A stretch of DNA of 64,000 nucleotides. Origin: Alloascoidea hylecoeti (taxonomy: Eukaryota). How positions within the stretch are numbered: position 1 is the first letter of the stretch; every line of letters starts with the position of its first letter. Under the pieces are notes generated by a model. It was not told the DNA's origin, did no database searches, and was given only the letters and a program-made list of their open reading frames with translations. A program made the position numbers and the translations under genes. The DNA is taken from assembly GCA_001600815.1 (NCBI GenBank), contig BCKZ01000009.1:150194-214193 (forward strand). Reading direction: 5' to 3'. Shown here one piece after another: positions 34,563 through 46,052 of the stretch.

Positions 34563-37160
34563 TTAAATACTCATTGGGCTACCACTCGAATCAGATTCAT
34601 CACCTTCCAAATCATTTTGATCTGAAATACACATTTTACTGGTTAAATCACTTAACCATGCAACCAATGCATCAACTTCCATAACTTCTTTTAATTCTTT
34701 ATCATCAGAATTAGAATCTTTATTTTTTGAAATTTGTTCAATTATATTGTTATAATATATTTCATATTCTTGAATTACCAATTCTTTAATTGCATCTATT
34801 AGTAGATTAACAGTTGATGGTTGATCAATATAATTTTCAATTTGTGATTTAATACGTGGGAATTCATCAGCAATATCAATACATAATTGTCTTGTAATTT
34901 CATCAACTTTTTCTAATTTTAAATTTGAATTATCATTTTCATTTTCATTATTGTTATTAATTAAAATTGATTTAACAATTTTATTAACAGAATCTTTTGT
35001 AAAATCATGAATTATATTTCTTAATTTAATTTGTAATTCAAATTTTGCATCTCTCATATTTTTAACAACTTTTGGAACACTATCAAAAGCTAATTTTATT
35101 AATCCTTTTTCATTTTCTTTATAAAATAAATTAGTTTTTTCATTTTTAATTTTATTCATTAAATCAGAAATTCCACTAAAATCAAAAGTTATTTCATCTT
35201 TTGGTATATATTGAATATCAAAATTTTGAATTTGATCTTTTAATATAATTAAATATTTTATAAAAAATAATTGACCATCATTTTTACTAATTTTAAAAGA
35301 TGCTAATTTATAAGCATTTTCCAATGATTCAATACAAACATGAACAATATAATGGGCTAAATCATCAAATACATTAGAATTAACAAGCTGATAAATTTTT
35401 GATAATAATGATAATGCTCTACCCAATGGTAAATACCATTCTGAAAATAAACCATAAGAAATATCATTAATTGGTATGATTTTGTTATTTTTATTATTAG
35501 AAGGTAATTTTCGACGATTTGAAAGTTGTAAATCTTCTTGTGTTGGTATATATTTTGCAATATTTTCATCAACATAGGATTGAACACGGAATACAAGACG
35601 AGTTTGAGCATCTTGTAATATAGGTAGAAATAATTCATCGAATTCTACTTTATGTGATGATAAATTATTAAACATTGATTGAGAATTAGTTTCATCATTG
35701 TAATCCAAATTTCTATGTTCAATTAATAAATCTTCATTATTTTCATTTTCATTTTCATTTTCATTTTCATTTTCATTTTCAATGTCATCTTCATCTTCAT
35801 CATCTTCTTCTTCATGAAAATAACTTTGTAAAACAGTTATTAATTCACACAAAGCATTAATATCAGTTTCTCGTATAATTTTATTTCGTAGATGAATATA
35901 TAATAAAGAATCACACATTGTACCTAACCATGTATGCAATTCATTATTACCAGATGGGAAAATCTTATGGAATAAATCATATTCATTATTACAAACAGTT
36001 GTAAAATAACTAACATCTTTTTGAGCAAGTTTTAAAATTGATGATGATTCTTCAGGATTAATTGATGATGAAGTTGCAGAAGCTTGAGTTTCAGAAGCTA
36101 TTAAATATTTTTCAATAATTGGACTTAGTAATTTTGATCTAACAGAAAAATAACAATCATAACATTCATTTAATAAACCTTTATATTCATCATGAGAATT
36201 ACATCTTGAAGAAATTTCAGTAACCAAATCAAAAACTAATGAAGTATCAGAATTAAATTTTGTATATAATAAAGCAAAAGTTGTTGTATCCATAAATGAA
36301 GATTCTCGAGTTCCTTCTCTTTCACCAATTCTTTTTAATAAATCATTTGAAATTGATTGAAATAAATTAACAATATAATTTCTGATTAATGATAATGCTC
36401 TAGTCATACATTGTCTAAATTTCATATCGTAAAGTTCAACATCTTTCAAAGCATTTCGATTTTCATTTATAAAATTTAAACATTCATCTAAACGAATTAA
36501 TATATTACGAAAAGAAGATTTTAAAACTAAACCTGAACCAGGAGCATTTAAGTGTTTCATAAAACCTTCTAACGCGTTGAAGTAACTTAGTTTTTCAAAA
36601 ACATTTTCATGCAGTTCTAGCAATTGCTGATGTTCAGTTATGATTCTGTCACAAGTTGTCTGGAATTCACTTGTATCTTTGGCGACCTGATCGAAATTGG
36701 CAGCTAGAGCGTTCAGGAGAGATAGAACGGAAGTGGATTGAGAGATGTATTGAGAAATGAGATGAGAATTGATGAGACAGGAATCTCTGAAAGTAATGTA
36801 GGGGAGGTTTTCGATGTAAAGAAGGTGATCAGTATCCGTGAAGTCGGTGTTTTCATCGTTTTGGTATAAGAAGGAGGAGAAACAGGACTCCAGAAGAGAA
36901 GTTTCTGCGTTTGTGAACGGATGTAGCACCCGTGTGGAGGAGGGCCCCCGTGTGGAGGAGGGCCCCCGTGTGGAGGTTGCAGTGGCTCCGGCATAACTTC
37001 TCACCCTCCGCAGGGCCGGCCCCCGACGACCCCGACGACCCCGGGGCTCTGGGCCGGACAGCAGCACGTGCACGGGGGCGTGGGGGGGCGCCAGGGGGGC
37101 GCTGAGGGCGATTTCCTGCAACACGGACTTGGCGCGCTGCCTGGAGTGGGTGTGAAGCAT
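34563..37160 (-). CDS. COG3: Conserved oligomeric Golgi complex subunit 3 (COG3/SEC34); probable start at 37160
   Basis: Y..KFRQCMTRAL.LIR.Y, LLY.KF, ILQDAQTRL.FR.Q and WY.PL.RA..LLSKIY motifs. The R.R.KS....IA N-terminal motif suggests the 37160 ATG; an upstream in-frame ATG exists at 37232. Confidence 0.92.
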   Translation of the reverse strand: MLHTHSRQRAKSVLQEIALSAPLAPPHAPVHVLLSGPEPRGRRGRRGPALRRVRSYAGATATSTRGPSSTRGPSSTRVLHPFTNAETSLLESCFSSFLYQNDENTDFTDTDHLLYIENLPYITFRDSCLINSHLISQYISQSTSVLSLLNALAANFDQVAKDTSEFQTTCDRIITEHQQLLELHENVFEKLSYFNALEGFMKHLNAPGSGLVLKSSFRNILIRLDECLNFINENRNALKDVELYDMKFRQCMTRALSLIRNYIVNLFQSISNDLLKRIGEREGTRESSFMDTTTFALLYTKFNSDTSLVFDLVTEISSRCNSHDEYKGLLNECYDCYFSVRSKLLSPIIEKYLIASETQASATSSSINPEESSSILKLAQKDVSYFTTVCNNEYDLFHKIFPSGNNELHTWLGTMCDSLLYIHLRNKIIRETDINALCELITVLQSYFHEEEDDEDEDDIENENENENENENENNEDLLIEHRNLDYNDETNSQSMFNNLSSHKVEFDELFLPILQDAQTRLVFRVQSYVDENIAKYIPTQEDLQLSNRRKLPSNNKNNKIIPINDISYGLFSEWYLPLGRALSLLSKIYQLVNSNVFDDLAHYIVHVCIESLENAYKLASFKISKNDGQLFFIKYLIILKDQIQNFDIQYIPKDEITFDFSGISDLMNKIKNEKTNLFYKENEKGLIKLAFDSVPKVVKNMRDAKFELQIKLRNIIHDFTKDSVNKIVKSILINNNNENENDNSNLKLEKVDEITRQLCIDIADEFPRIKSQIENYIDQPSTVNLLIDAIKELVIQEYEIYYNNIIEQISKNKDSNSDDKELKEVMEVDALVAWLSDLTSKMCISDQNDLEGDESDSSGSPMSI
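36927..36976. repeat. GC-rich 18-bp coding tandem repeat (STRGPS) in the COG3 N-terminus
   Basis: CCCGTGTGGAGG recurs three times at 18-nt period. Confidence 0.85.
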
Positions 37161-37295
37161 TTCTGGCTGAGTCCATCGCAATTCCACTATTCCACGTACC
37201 AAAAAGCACGGGAGTCCGGGTAACGCCGCCATGGAAAGTTAAAAGGCCGTACTTAGCCTTCATCCCACTAATCGCAACCTCCCTGGCTCTCCAAC

Positions 37296-39346
37296 ATGAA
37301 TCCGGCTGCTCTTTTTTCCAGTGCCACGATACGTACAGTGGCCCTGCTGCTGTTCTGCGTGTCTTTCGTTTCGGCCTCAACAACCCCAGTGGTAAGTTGC
37401 CCTTTTTGCCTTCCAGATCTGGTCCATCCGCAATCTGCCATCTGCCATTCACTTCCAGGGCTTTACTGACAAACTATCTAGAAAAAAGGAGAAAAGTCCC
37501 ACCAATTGTGCACAGGAATGTACGGTCCAAGATCCTGGCCGGGAAAATACAATGATCACATCCAGGGTATGCATCTACTTCCACTTATCCCATGTCTCTC
37601 TCACTAACCGGAGGTTTAGTCAATATCGAACGGATTCCAGGAGATGACTGGCTTGCAGTCGTCGTATTTGAATATCAAGATATATCTTACTTGGGTGCAG
37701 CACTTGATGATGGATCTGTATGTCCCTCTTTTTTCTTTTTTCTTCTTTCTTTTTTCTTCTTTCTTTTTTCTTTTTTCTTTTTTCTTTTCTTTTTTTCTTC
37801 ACTTTTTTTCTTTTTATTGGTTTGCCATAAATACACTGAACTACTAACCCTAACTAACTCCCTTTTACAGAGAAAATACCTTTGTGATGACTCTGCCGCT
37901 GCTGCAAATCTATGTTCAAAAGATAATGTTGGTACTTTTATCGTTAAATCTGATGTAAATTCAACTTCTTATGCCAATGTCATTACCAAAAAAATTGTTT
38001 TAAGATTACCTCAAACTTTGTCCTATCCAATAGAAAAAACTGGTTATTATTGTGTTAGTCTATATTCTGATAATGAAAATTATGAAGGTCATGTAACTTT
38101 TCAAAATGCTTATGGTTATCTTCCTGCTCCTGTTATTCCAAAATTACCTTTTTTTGGTGCTATGGCAATTGCTTATATTATATTCTTAGCAATTTGGATG
38201 TATGCCTATATGAAAAATAGACAAGATATATTACCTGTTCAAAATTATATTACTGCAGTTGCTGCTTTATTAATTGTTGAAATGACTGCTATTTGGGCTT
38301 ATTATTTAGTTGCTAATTTAGCTGGTGATAAATGGTTTGTTAAAGTCTTTTTAGTTTCTTTATCCGTTTTAAATGCTTTAAGAAATGCTTTTAGTTTCTT
38401 CTTGGTACTTATTGTATGTCTTGGTTATGGTGTTGTTAGAACTTCTTTAGGTAAAACAATGTTAAAATGTAAAATATTGGCTGGTGTTCATTTCCTTGGT
38501 GCTGTGGCTTTCTCTGTCGCTTCTTATATTACAATCCCTGATGAACTAGATATTTTATTAATGTTTTTAGTTTTACCTTTATGTATTACAACAATGGTTT
38601 TTTATATTTGGACTATGACTGCTTTAAGTCATACAATTCAACAATTGGTTATAAAAAAACAAGAAGTTAAAGCAAAGATGTATAAAAATTTAACAAAAGT
38701 ATTAATGTTTTCATTAATTGTTTTATTTGTGTTTTTCTTCGTTGATTCAATTATTGTAACAAGAATGAGTGATACTGAATATATCGAAAGTCAATGGAAA
38801 AGTCGTTGGTTTTTATTAGATGGTTGGTTAAATATTATATATTTCTTAGATTTTTGTGCAATTGGTTGGATTTGGAGACCAACTCGTGATAATAGACGTT
38901 TTGCAATGTCTAATCAATTAGCTCAATCTGAAGAAGATTATGTTGCTGATTTTGATATGGATGATTTACAATCTATTGATGAAAATGATGTTGGTCATCG
39001 ACAAAGTCCTGATGGTTATGGTCAATTCCCAAGTTCAAAAGCTCAAGATTCTGATGATGATAATGATAGTATTGATTTTGCCCTAGGTGAAGGAAGTGCA
39101 AATCATACAACATCAACTACAACCAATAGCCCTCCACCAAGTTATTCTGTTAACCCAGAAATTGCTGTTCGTGATTTAGGTGCAGAAAAGAAAGTATCAG
39201 CTAATACAATCACATCCCCACATGCAGCAACAAGTGCTCAATCAACGACTGTTTTTGCAGTTGGAGAAGATGATGAATTAGATCCATGGTCTGATGATGA
39301 TTATGAAGGAAATAAAACTCAAGCGCTGGGTAAAAAAGCACTCTAA
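37296..39346 (+). CDS. PTM1: PTM1 / lung seven-TM receptor (GPR107/108-like) family; exons 37296-37391, 37482-37566, 37620-37717, 37871-39346
   Basis: Signal-peptide exon, C.GMY, Y.I.KTGYYCV, F.NAYGYLPA...PKLPF, DILPVQNYI, LIVCLGYGVV and WRPT..NRRFAMS.QLAQ motifs; canonical introns. Confidence 0.92.
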
Positions 39347-39805
39347 TTGCGAACTAATTTCCTTCTAGATCTGTTTCATACATTGATGAATGCAACTGAA
39401 AGAAAAAAATAAAAAAAAAAAAAACACCTGGTAGCTAGCTAGTGATATTCTTTTTTGGATATTTTGTGTAAATTAAATCTACGTATACATTGTAGTCATA
39501 TTCAATGATATTTTGCCTTTTTTATTAGTACTTTCTTTATATGTTTTATATGTTTCTACGTAATACCCAAGATCAACCAGATCCTGTCTCATAATTTCCA
39601 AAAGGATTTCTTTCTCTCTTTTATATGATCAGCTTGAACAAACATTTTTAATTTTTAATTTTTAATTTTTTTTGAAAGTAAGTAGTCATGATCTTTTTTA
39701 ACTTACCTCATATTTTTCCTCCAAGTTTTCTGTTCTAGTTATGGGAATTTTGATTGATTGTAAAATTAGTTAGACGCATCACGTGTTGACTATTTAATTT
39801 AAAAA

Positions 39806-39828
39806 GTGGCCGAAAATAAGTAGATTGA
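39806..39828 (-). repeat. Partial arm of the dispersed TCGGCCA element
   Basis: GTGGCCGAAAATAAGTAGATTGA resembles the outer end of the 52-kb arms. Confidence 0.5.
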
Positions 39829-39917
39829 TAGTATGGATTTCATTTCTCAACTTACCCTCCCATAAAAAAAATATAGATGGCTTTGATGTATTAAAAGTAT
39901 TGCTAAACACTCTGGAA

Positions 39918-40572
39918 ATGCCGAAACAAATCTCTGTAGATACATTTCTACGAAACTCAATAAGGTTACTTCAAGCAAGACCAACAACGGTAAGTTTATC
40001 TTTTTTTTTTTTTTCTTTCAAATAAATGAGTTTGTATGTTTTACTAACACAAAAATGCCAATGACAAATAGACACACGTTTCAATAACATATGGAACTAT
40101 AAAACGATCAGAGAATAAAATAACGGCATCTACGAATGAAAGTAAAGATAAGAATGAAAAATCAGGATATTTCAATATTAAGACATATGACCCTGTATCT
40201 GGCCTTTGTTACACAATCCGCTTAAGAAAACATAAAGAAGTCTCTAGAGTATTATCTGGTCTAGGTCCACATCAAGTTCAATTCTCAAAAAAAGTTGAAA
40301 AACCATTAAACAAAAAAGCTACTAAAACAGGCGAGAATAAAACCGAAGGAAATGAAGCTAAGGATACTAAGAAGAAAAACGTAGAATATGAAACTGTCGT
40401 TACCTCAGAATTGGGAATGAGTGCAATTATGGCAAATGTGGTTATACCAGTGAGTGAATCTTCACCTTCAATTACCAATTTAGCACCATCTACTCCTACC
40501 ACAAAAACTACTACTCAACCACAAACTGGTAAAACGGGTGGTAAAAAAAATAAGAAGAAGAATAAGAAGTAA
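39918..40572 (+). CDS. SRP21: Signal recognition particle subunit SRP21 (SRP9 family); exons 39918-39989 and 40072-40572
   Basis: VDTFLRNSIRLLQARP.TTHVSITY..KTYDP.SG.C...R..K.KEVSR.LS.LGP and K-rich tail; GTAAGT..TACTAAC..TAG intron. Missed by the ORF track. Confidence 0.88.
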
Positions 40573-41050
40573 AAAGATAAACAGCTTTTATGATATTTTA
40601 ATTTCATAGTATTTATATTTTACATTATTGATTGATTGATTGAATGATTGACCTATCGAATAGCCATTTTTTACTAAATATACATGCTAAGAAATAGTAT
40701 CATTCATATTTCAATTGTAACAATTTGTAAAGGATAATATAAGACCGATGCTTATTTTAGATAATTCTCCATCAATATAATATAAATAGTTGTATTTTTA
40801 AAAAGTAACATAATTCGTCAAATGAATAAAACAAGAACCGCTAATATTAAATATTTTTAAGATATATTTATTCAGAATCGACAACAATATATACAATAAT
40901 AGTAAAAAAGGTAAAGAAAATGAATACGACACAAACAGAATAGCAAAAGAAAAAACCAGCACATAAAATACCATTAAACATCAATTGCAACGAAAAAACA
41001 TCAAAATATTTTCACAAAAGAGCGAAATAAAATAGTAATAAATTATAAAA

Positions 41051-42715
41051 TCAATGACCTTCATTTTGAATATGATCTGAATTCAAATTCTGTGTTGAAT
41101 GATTTAGCATTTCTTCATATTGTCCTTCAGAGACATGTGACGGTTGAGATATGGGAGAAGTCACATCACTATTTGAACCATCGTAAATCGGCTTCCGATT
41201 TGCCAATCCTAGAATTTTATCGGTCCCTGTAATATGAGAAGTAGAAAATTTCTTTTGTATTATTGAATCCTTTTGAGTATGTGAGTGGTCATCGGAGAAT
41301 TGTGATCCTTGTGATGAAGATTCCTGAGTTAATCCATTTTGAGTATTTGATGCGGGATCTAATTCGGCGGATGTTGATGATGTTGATGTTGAGGTTACTA
41401 GTCGAAGGCCGTGAGGAACTAGTGGTGAATTTCGTATTATTGAAGATGAGTCTGAGTTTGATATCGTTGAAGATCCATGATTAGTCCTGGTTGTTGACGG
41501 TGTTGGGACTGAAGATTGTGATTTATAGCTTGGTGGAAGTGAATTTATAGAATGTGGAGCATCTGGAATCGTTTGTGTAGGGGGTGTTGAAGCGTGAAAC
41601 GATGTGTCGGTAACTATGGTGCTTTGATATTGTGGATGCGTTGATGCCGAGTTATTTGGGTCTAATAAACTTGTTCTTTCATTGATATTTATTCTTTCGA
41701 CATCATTAAATGAAGGAGGCCGACTTTGTAAACCTTGTTCACCTCTTTCTAATAAAACATCTCTTTCCTCTTCGCCATACTTTGGTGGAGGACCTAACGT
41801 TCCTCGAATAGGGGCAAACCCCCATTTTTTAACATTTGCCTCAATAAATACAAATCCACCTTGACCCAAGTTTACATGAACGGTACATGGGCCACTGGCA
41901 CCAATTGTTGGGAAAACATTATATCTGACACCACGGACAGATTCACCTAAACGTCTTCCATTTCGAGTGAAAAATATCGTTCCTTGTCGGGATCTATACC
42001 CAATTCCAATAACGTCACCTTTATAAAATTTAGGATATATAGGGGTGACAGGGAAAGGGCGGTTGACCCTTCTTGACCCATCTGAATCATAAGATAAAGA
42101 ATATCTGTGTCTACCTGGTAATCTGAAAGTAGGGTATGGCTTAGTTGTAAGACCTATACTTATTGCTGTATCAGCATCTTCCGGAACATCAAATATCTTA
42201 GCTTCGAAATAATATGTTTCGTTCTGACGGGGAATAGGTAAGTTAGTCTGGACGCAACAAGGATTATTGTCAAAAAACTGGATTTCAGTGCGTGCTTGGA
42301 CGAGTACTGCAGCAGAAGTGTAGTCTGGTTCGAACTGCCACGCGGAAACACCTTGTTCTCTTATCCTAAGAAACTGAGATAACCCTAGATCTGTTGGTTC
42401 ACTGCACGGGGGATGAGTTTGTTGAAAGGCCTTTGCCCTTAAGTACATGACCTGTGCGGATGGGTCCATTTGGTCCATTGCTAGTTCTCTCTCTTCATCA
42501 TCATAATCCGAAACCTCATCAAAGGATGCAGGTTCACCAGCAGGGAGAAACAATCTATCAGAGCCAAACACAAGCATGTAAACACTAAATAGGCCCAAAA
42601 CCAGGAGGAAAGTGGTGATACCAGATACCAAACCAACTAGCAAAGACACGTTTATATCAGGCAAAGTAGGCAAATCTGGGATATCTGGGCCATCGTATGA
42701 AGGATCCTTCAGCAT
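41051..42715 (-). CDS. SPRY-domain Rsp5 adaptor, SSH4/EAR1 family
   Basis: N-terminal TM, VQTNLPIP...E.YYFE.KI, IGL.TKPYP.FRLPGRHRYS, GDVIGIGYR and FIEANVKKWG.AP; PPxY motifs. Confidence 0.9.
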   Translation of the reverse strand: MLKDPSYDGPDIPDLPTLPDINVSLLVGLVSGITTFLLVLGLFSVYMLVFGSDRLFLPAGEPASFDEVSDYDDEERELAMDQMDPSAQVMYLRAKAFQQTHPPCSEPTDLGLSQFLRIREQGVSAWQFEPDYTSAAVLVQARTEIQFFDNNPCCVQTNLPIPRQNETYYFEAKIFDVPEDADTAISIGLTTKPYPTFRLPGRHRYSLSYDSDGSRRVNRPFPVTPIYPKFYKGDVIGIGYRSRQGTIFFTRNGRRLGESVRGVRYNVFPTIGASGPCTVHVNLGQGGFVFIEANVKKWGFAPIRGTLGPPPKYGEEERDVLLERGEQGLQSRPPSFNDVERININERTSLLDPNNSASTHPQYQSTIVTDTSFHASTPPTQTIPDAPHSINSLPPSYKSQSSVPTPSTTRTNHGSSTISNSDSSSIIRNSPLVPHGLRLVTSTSTSSTSAELDPASNTQNGLTQESSSQGSQFSDDHSHTQKDSIIQKKFSTSHITGTDKILGLANRKPIYDGSNSDVTSPISQPSHVSEGQYEEMLNHSTQNLNSDHIQNEGH

Positions 42716-42996
42716 TTTGCAATTGATGGTTTTTGTGTAGCAACAAAGACTTTTGTATTAGAGTTGAGCTTTGAATGAGCTTGGGAAGCTAATTAGTATA
42801 AAAGACGTTCTCAGAAGTACACACCCGGGTACCACAAGTACGCAGACAACCGGACGCAGTTTGATTTTTCTCTGTATCTGTAAAAATTAATTTAAATTTG
42901 TCGTGTGTATCATTGTACTTCATTTCACTCCACTCTCCTGTCTTCCCGTCCCTCACTTCTCCCATTTTCGCCACCCCACGTCCACTGCATCTGCTG

Positions 42997-45000
42997 ATGC
43001 TCTCATCCGTCTTGAAATCGCAGGTTTCTTCTAGAGTCCCCTCTAAGCTGGCTACGGCCTGTTTAGTAACATCACTCATATCTTGCGCATCATCCCACAG
43101 GTCTATTTCACGAGTCTCACGACCGGTTGTCGCACCCCATTATTTTGCAGAATCAGTTATACACAAGCAGAACTCCCTTCTTTTGCGATGGGACAGTTCA
43201 ACGGGGAACGCATTCCCAAATAGAGGTTTCTGCTCATCTGCAGTTAAACTCCGTGATCGGTTAAACGGAAATTACTTTATATCGTCACATGAAGCGGATT
43301 TTAATGACAAATACAACCACAAGTTCCTTACAGCTCTACACGACGAAACACATGTTATCCCTTATTCCAGTGGATTTCCCCCAATTGGGCCGACTTCATC
43401 CCGTGCTAGTAAATCAAGTTTAAAATCCGCTGTACCTGTGACAAACGCTACCAAGTTAAGTCTTTTCCAGTCCGTGGGTAAGAAATACAACCTTTTACTC
43501 TTTGGGTTAGATTCAACTTCCTCGGCCCAAAATTCCACAGCCGATAAAATTTCAGCTTTTTTTTCTTGGATTATTTTTGGAAATGTCGTCTGGGTCCTAC
43601 TTGGAACCACTACTTTTTTATCAATTATCATATATGCACTCAATACTGTCGTTGCGCAAGATTTATCTGCACGCTGGATAGGTAATATAATAAGTAAAGG
43701 CATGGCTTTAAACATTTCCTACTCCGATGCTGGAGTTGAGACTTGGAAAGATGGAATGATTAGTTTTAAGAAAATTGCTTTATCAAATGAAGATGAACAA
43801 AAAAATAAGGATTGGGATGGTACAAAACTAGAACTAACTATTGATACTGTCAAGGTTAAATTGTCTCTCAATAGGTGGATCAATGGGCAGGGTTTGGTTG
43901 AAATGGCTGAAATTAAGGGAGTTCGGGGGTTTGTAGATTATTCAGGCTATAATAAGGATAAATCTAATGATCAGGAACAGGATTTTCATTCTGTTAGTAA
44001 CTTTGATATTGAAAACTTCAAAATTGAGGATGTTAATATTGATGTTTTCCATCCAAAAGTGCTTACCAAAACAAATTCAGAATCAGAGCCAGAGTCAATT
44101 AAATTGTGTATCTTTAGCAGTGAAATTCGTGGTTTACGAAAGAGCTGGATTATTCTCGATTTACTTAATGCTGAAAACATATCTGGCTCAATTGATGGTT
44201 CTTTATTCACCCTTCATAAACGCCGTCATAAACTAGCATATCTTTATGATATTTCCGAAGAGTCAAATCCGTGGAAAACAATCACACAAATAAGATTAGA
44301 TGGTATAGATATCAGTAATTGGCATAACTGGCTGAGTAGTGGCGATGATCCCAATTCAAATCCATTAAGTTGGATTGTCGAAGGTAAGGCAGGAATTACT
44401 GCTGATATTATGTTGCCAAATGATGATGAAAATGTGAAACTGGGTGATTTAGCCAGACATGTCTTACAGAATCTACAACTTAGGTATTTCGAGACCATTG
44501 AAGAAATGAAGAGAAATTATAGAGATAATAAGCCATTATTAGAACCATCCTGTGAAAAAGATTTATCTAATAAAGAACCATCATTAGAACTATCTACCGC
44601 TAAAGGTTCAAAATATCTTGTTGTCGATTTAAAAGTTCAATTAAGTGATGCAAAGGCAGTTCTTACCAGCGACATCCCAAGGGATATTAATAATCAACCA
44701 TTGCTAACAAGGCAAGATCTCTTATCTCTTGTTTTATTCATCAATCGAAGTAGATCAATCCCGGTAATGTCCCTCAGATTAGTTCAAAGTATCGATCAAT
44801 TATATAACAATACATCTTTTAGTGATACTGATATAAGAAATGCGGTAGTTTTCGAGTTATTTGAAAGCTTACAAAATCTAGCTGTGGAAGATGAAGCTAG
44901 GTATTTGAATGAAAAAAAAAATGAAAAAACTGCAGAAGTTTTTACTCCCACAACATTTGGGGCACAGTTATTGTTGGTCCTATTGGGTGTATTTGCATAA
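42997..45000 (+). CDS. Mitochondrial distribution and morphology protein, MDM31/MDM32 family
   Basis: D.ISAFFSW...GN..W..LGTTTF.S......NTV.AQ and LLNAE.ISGS.D.SLFTLHKR motifs; presequence-like N-terminus from ATG 42997. Confidence 0.9.
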   Translation: MLSSVLKSQVSSRVPSKLATACLVTSLISCASSHRSISRVSRPVVAPHYFAESVIHKQNSLLLRWDSSTGNAFPNRGFCSSAVKLRDRLNGNYFISSHEADFNDKYNHKFLTALHDETHVIPYSSGFPPIGPTSSRASKSSLKSAVPVTNATKLSLFQSVGKKYNLLLFGLDSTSSAQNSTADKISAFFSWIIFGNVVWVLLGTTTFLSIIIYALNTVVAQDLSARWIGNIISKGMALNISYSDAGVETWKDGMISFKKIALSNEDEQKNKDWDGTKLELTIDTVKVKLSLNRWINGQGLVEMAEIKGVRGFVDYSGYNKDKSNDQEQDFHSVSNFDIENFKIEDVNIDVFHPKVLTKTNSESEPESIKLCIFSSEIRGLRKSWIILDLLNAENISGSIDGSLFTLHKRRHKLAYLYDISEESNPWKTITQIRLDGIDISNWHNWLSSGDDPNSNPLSWIVEGKAGITADIMLPNDDENVKLGDLARHVLQNLQLRYFETIEEMKRNYRDNKPLLEPSCEKDLSNKEPSLELSTAKGSKYLVVDLKVQLSDAKAVLTSDIPRDINNQPLLTRQDLLSLVLFINRSRSIPVMSLRLVQSIDQLYNNTSFSDTDIRNAVVFELFESLQNLAVEDEARYLNEKKNEKTAEVFTPTTFGAQLLLVLLGVFA

Positions 45001-45608
45001 TCTGATGCAAATTACTATCAAATTGAAATGTTACTGTTAAATCGCTTTCAATATTTGATTCCGACTCTTTATCACCGATTTCATATGATTGTCCTTAATG
45101 ATGTGATATTATTACTTTCAGTTCATTTATTCTATATTGCATTAAATTGTACCCGTCTTTTATTTAATCTATGTTTGTACAGTTGAATGTCAAAAGTACA
45201 ACATCTTGTTATTTCAGCAGGTTCTTTTTTTTTTGTTGTTGTTTTTTAATTACTACATGATGATATTATCTACATGGTTGGATTTTCTTTGGTTTTTGTT
45301 TTCTAATGAATTTTTTTTAGTCGAACTGGTGCACATGGTGTATGGATTATGGATTATGCTAAAATATAGGCTATATTTGCAAATGTTCAAGATTTTCTAT
45401 AAAGTTTACAGGATATATACGTAAGATGATTTGAATTTGAAATAGTATGCTACATAACCTGTATATATGATGTGCAAAATTACTATGTTAATATTATTGT
45501 TATAAATTTATAGTATTCTTTTATACCTTAAAATATATAAGTCTAGATCTGTATTTTATTGTCACTTCGCATATCCCTCATATTAATAACACTTATACCG
45601 ATAATGAT

Positions 45609-45654
45609 GTGGCCGAAAATCAGTGATAGGAATGGCCGATATTAAGTAAAATGA
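45609..45654 (-). repeat. Solo arm of the dispersed TCGGCCA element
   Basis: GTGGCCGAAAATCAGTGATAGGAATGGCCGATATTAAGTAAAATGA aligns with the right arm 52144-52188, including the TTAAGTAAAAT end. Confidence 0.65.
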
Positions 45655-46052
45655 CGGTATATGATATGAGTTGATTCACACTCTTACCAAAAGATAATAC
45701 CTTCTGATAACAAAACACATTTACCAAATGCTTATATACTTTTTTCCAATCTTTTATTCAATATTAATTTTTCCGTGTAATGATATGTTTTGATTATATT
45801 ACGTCTATGTATAAGTAAACGAATGTTGTTGTACTAATTAATTATTGAAAATATATGGAAACACATTATAAATATTAAACTATCCCGCTTCCAAATGCAT
45901 CAGTCTTCCAACTGGGGTATATAGGCATCGATAAGAGTATATCATCAATTCATAAGATATACTGTGATAATATAAAAATAAAAATATAAAATTTAAAAGC
46001 AACATCAAAAATTAAAAAAATGTGGTATCAAGATATATTGACTTTAATACTT

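Noticed and set aside
36713..37452. 199-aa and 93-aa alternative-frame ORFs over the COG3 5' end
   Set aside because: Explained by the GC island and 18-bp repeat; no recognisable domain
45603..45708. C/D snoRNA-like ATGATGT...CTGA
   Set aside because: Imperfect C box, no rRNA guide I could identify, and overlaps the dispersed TCGGCCA arm
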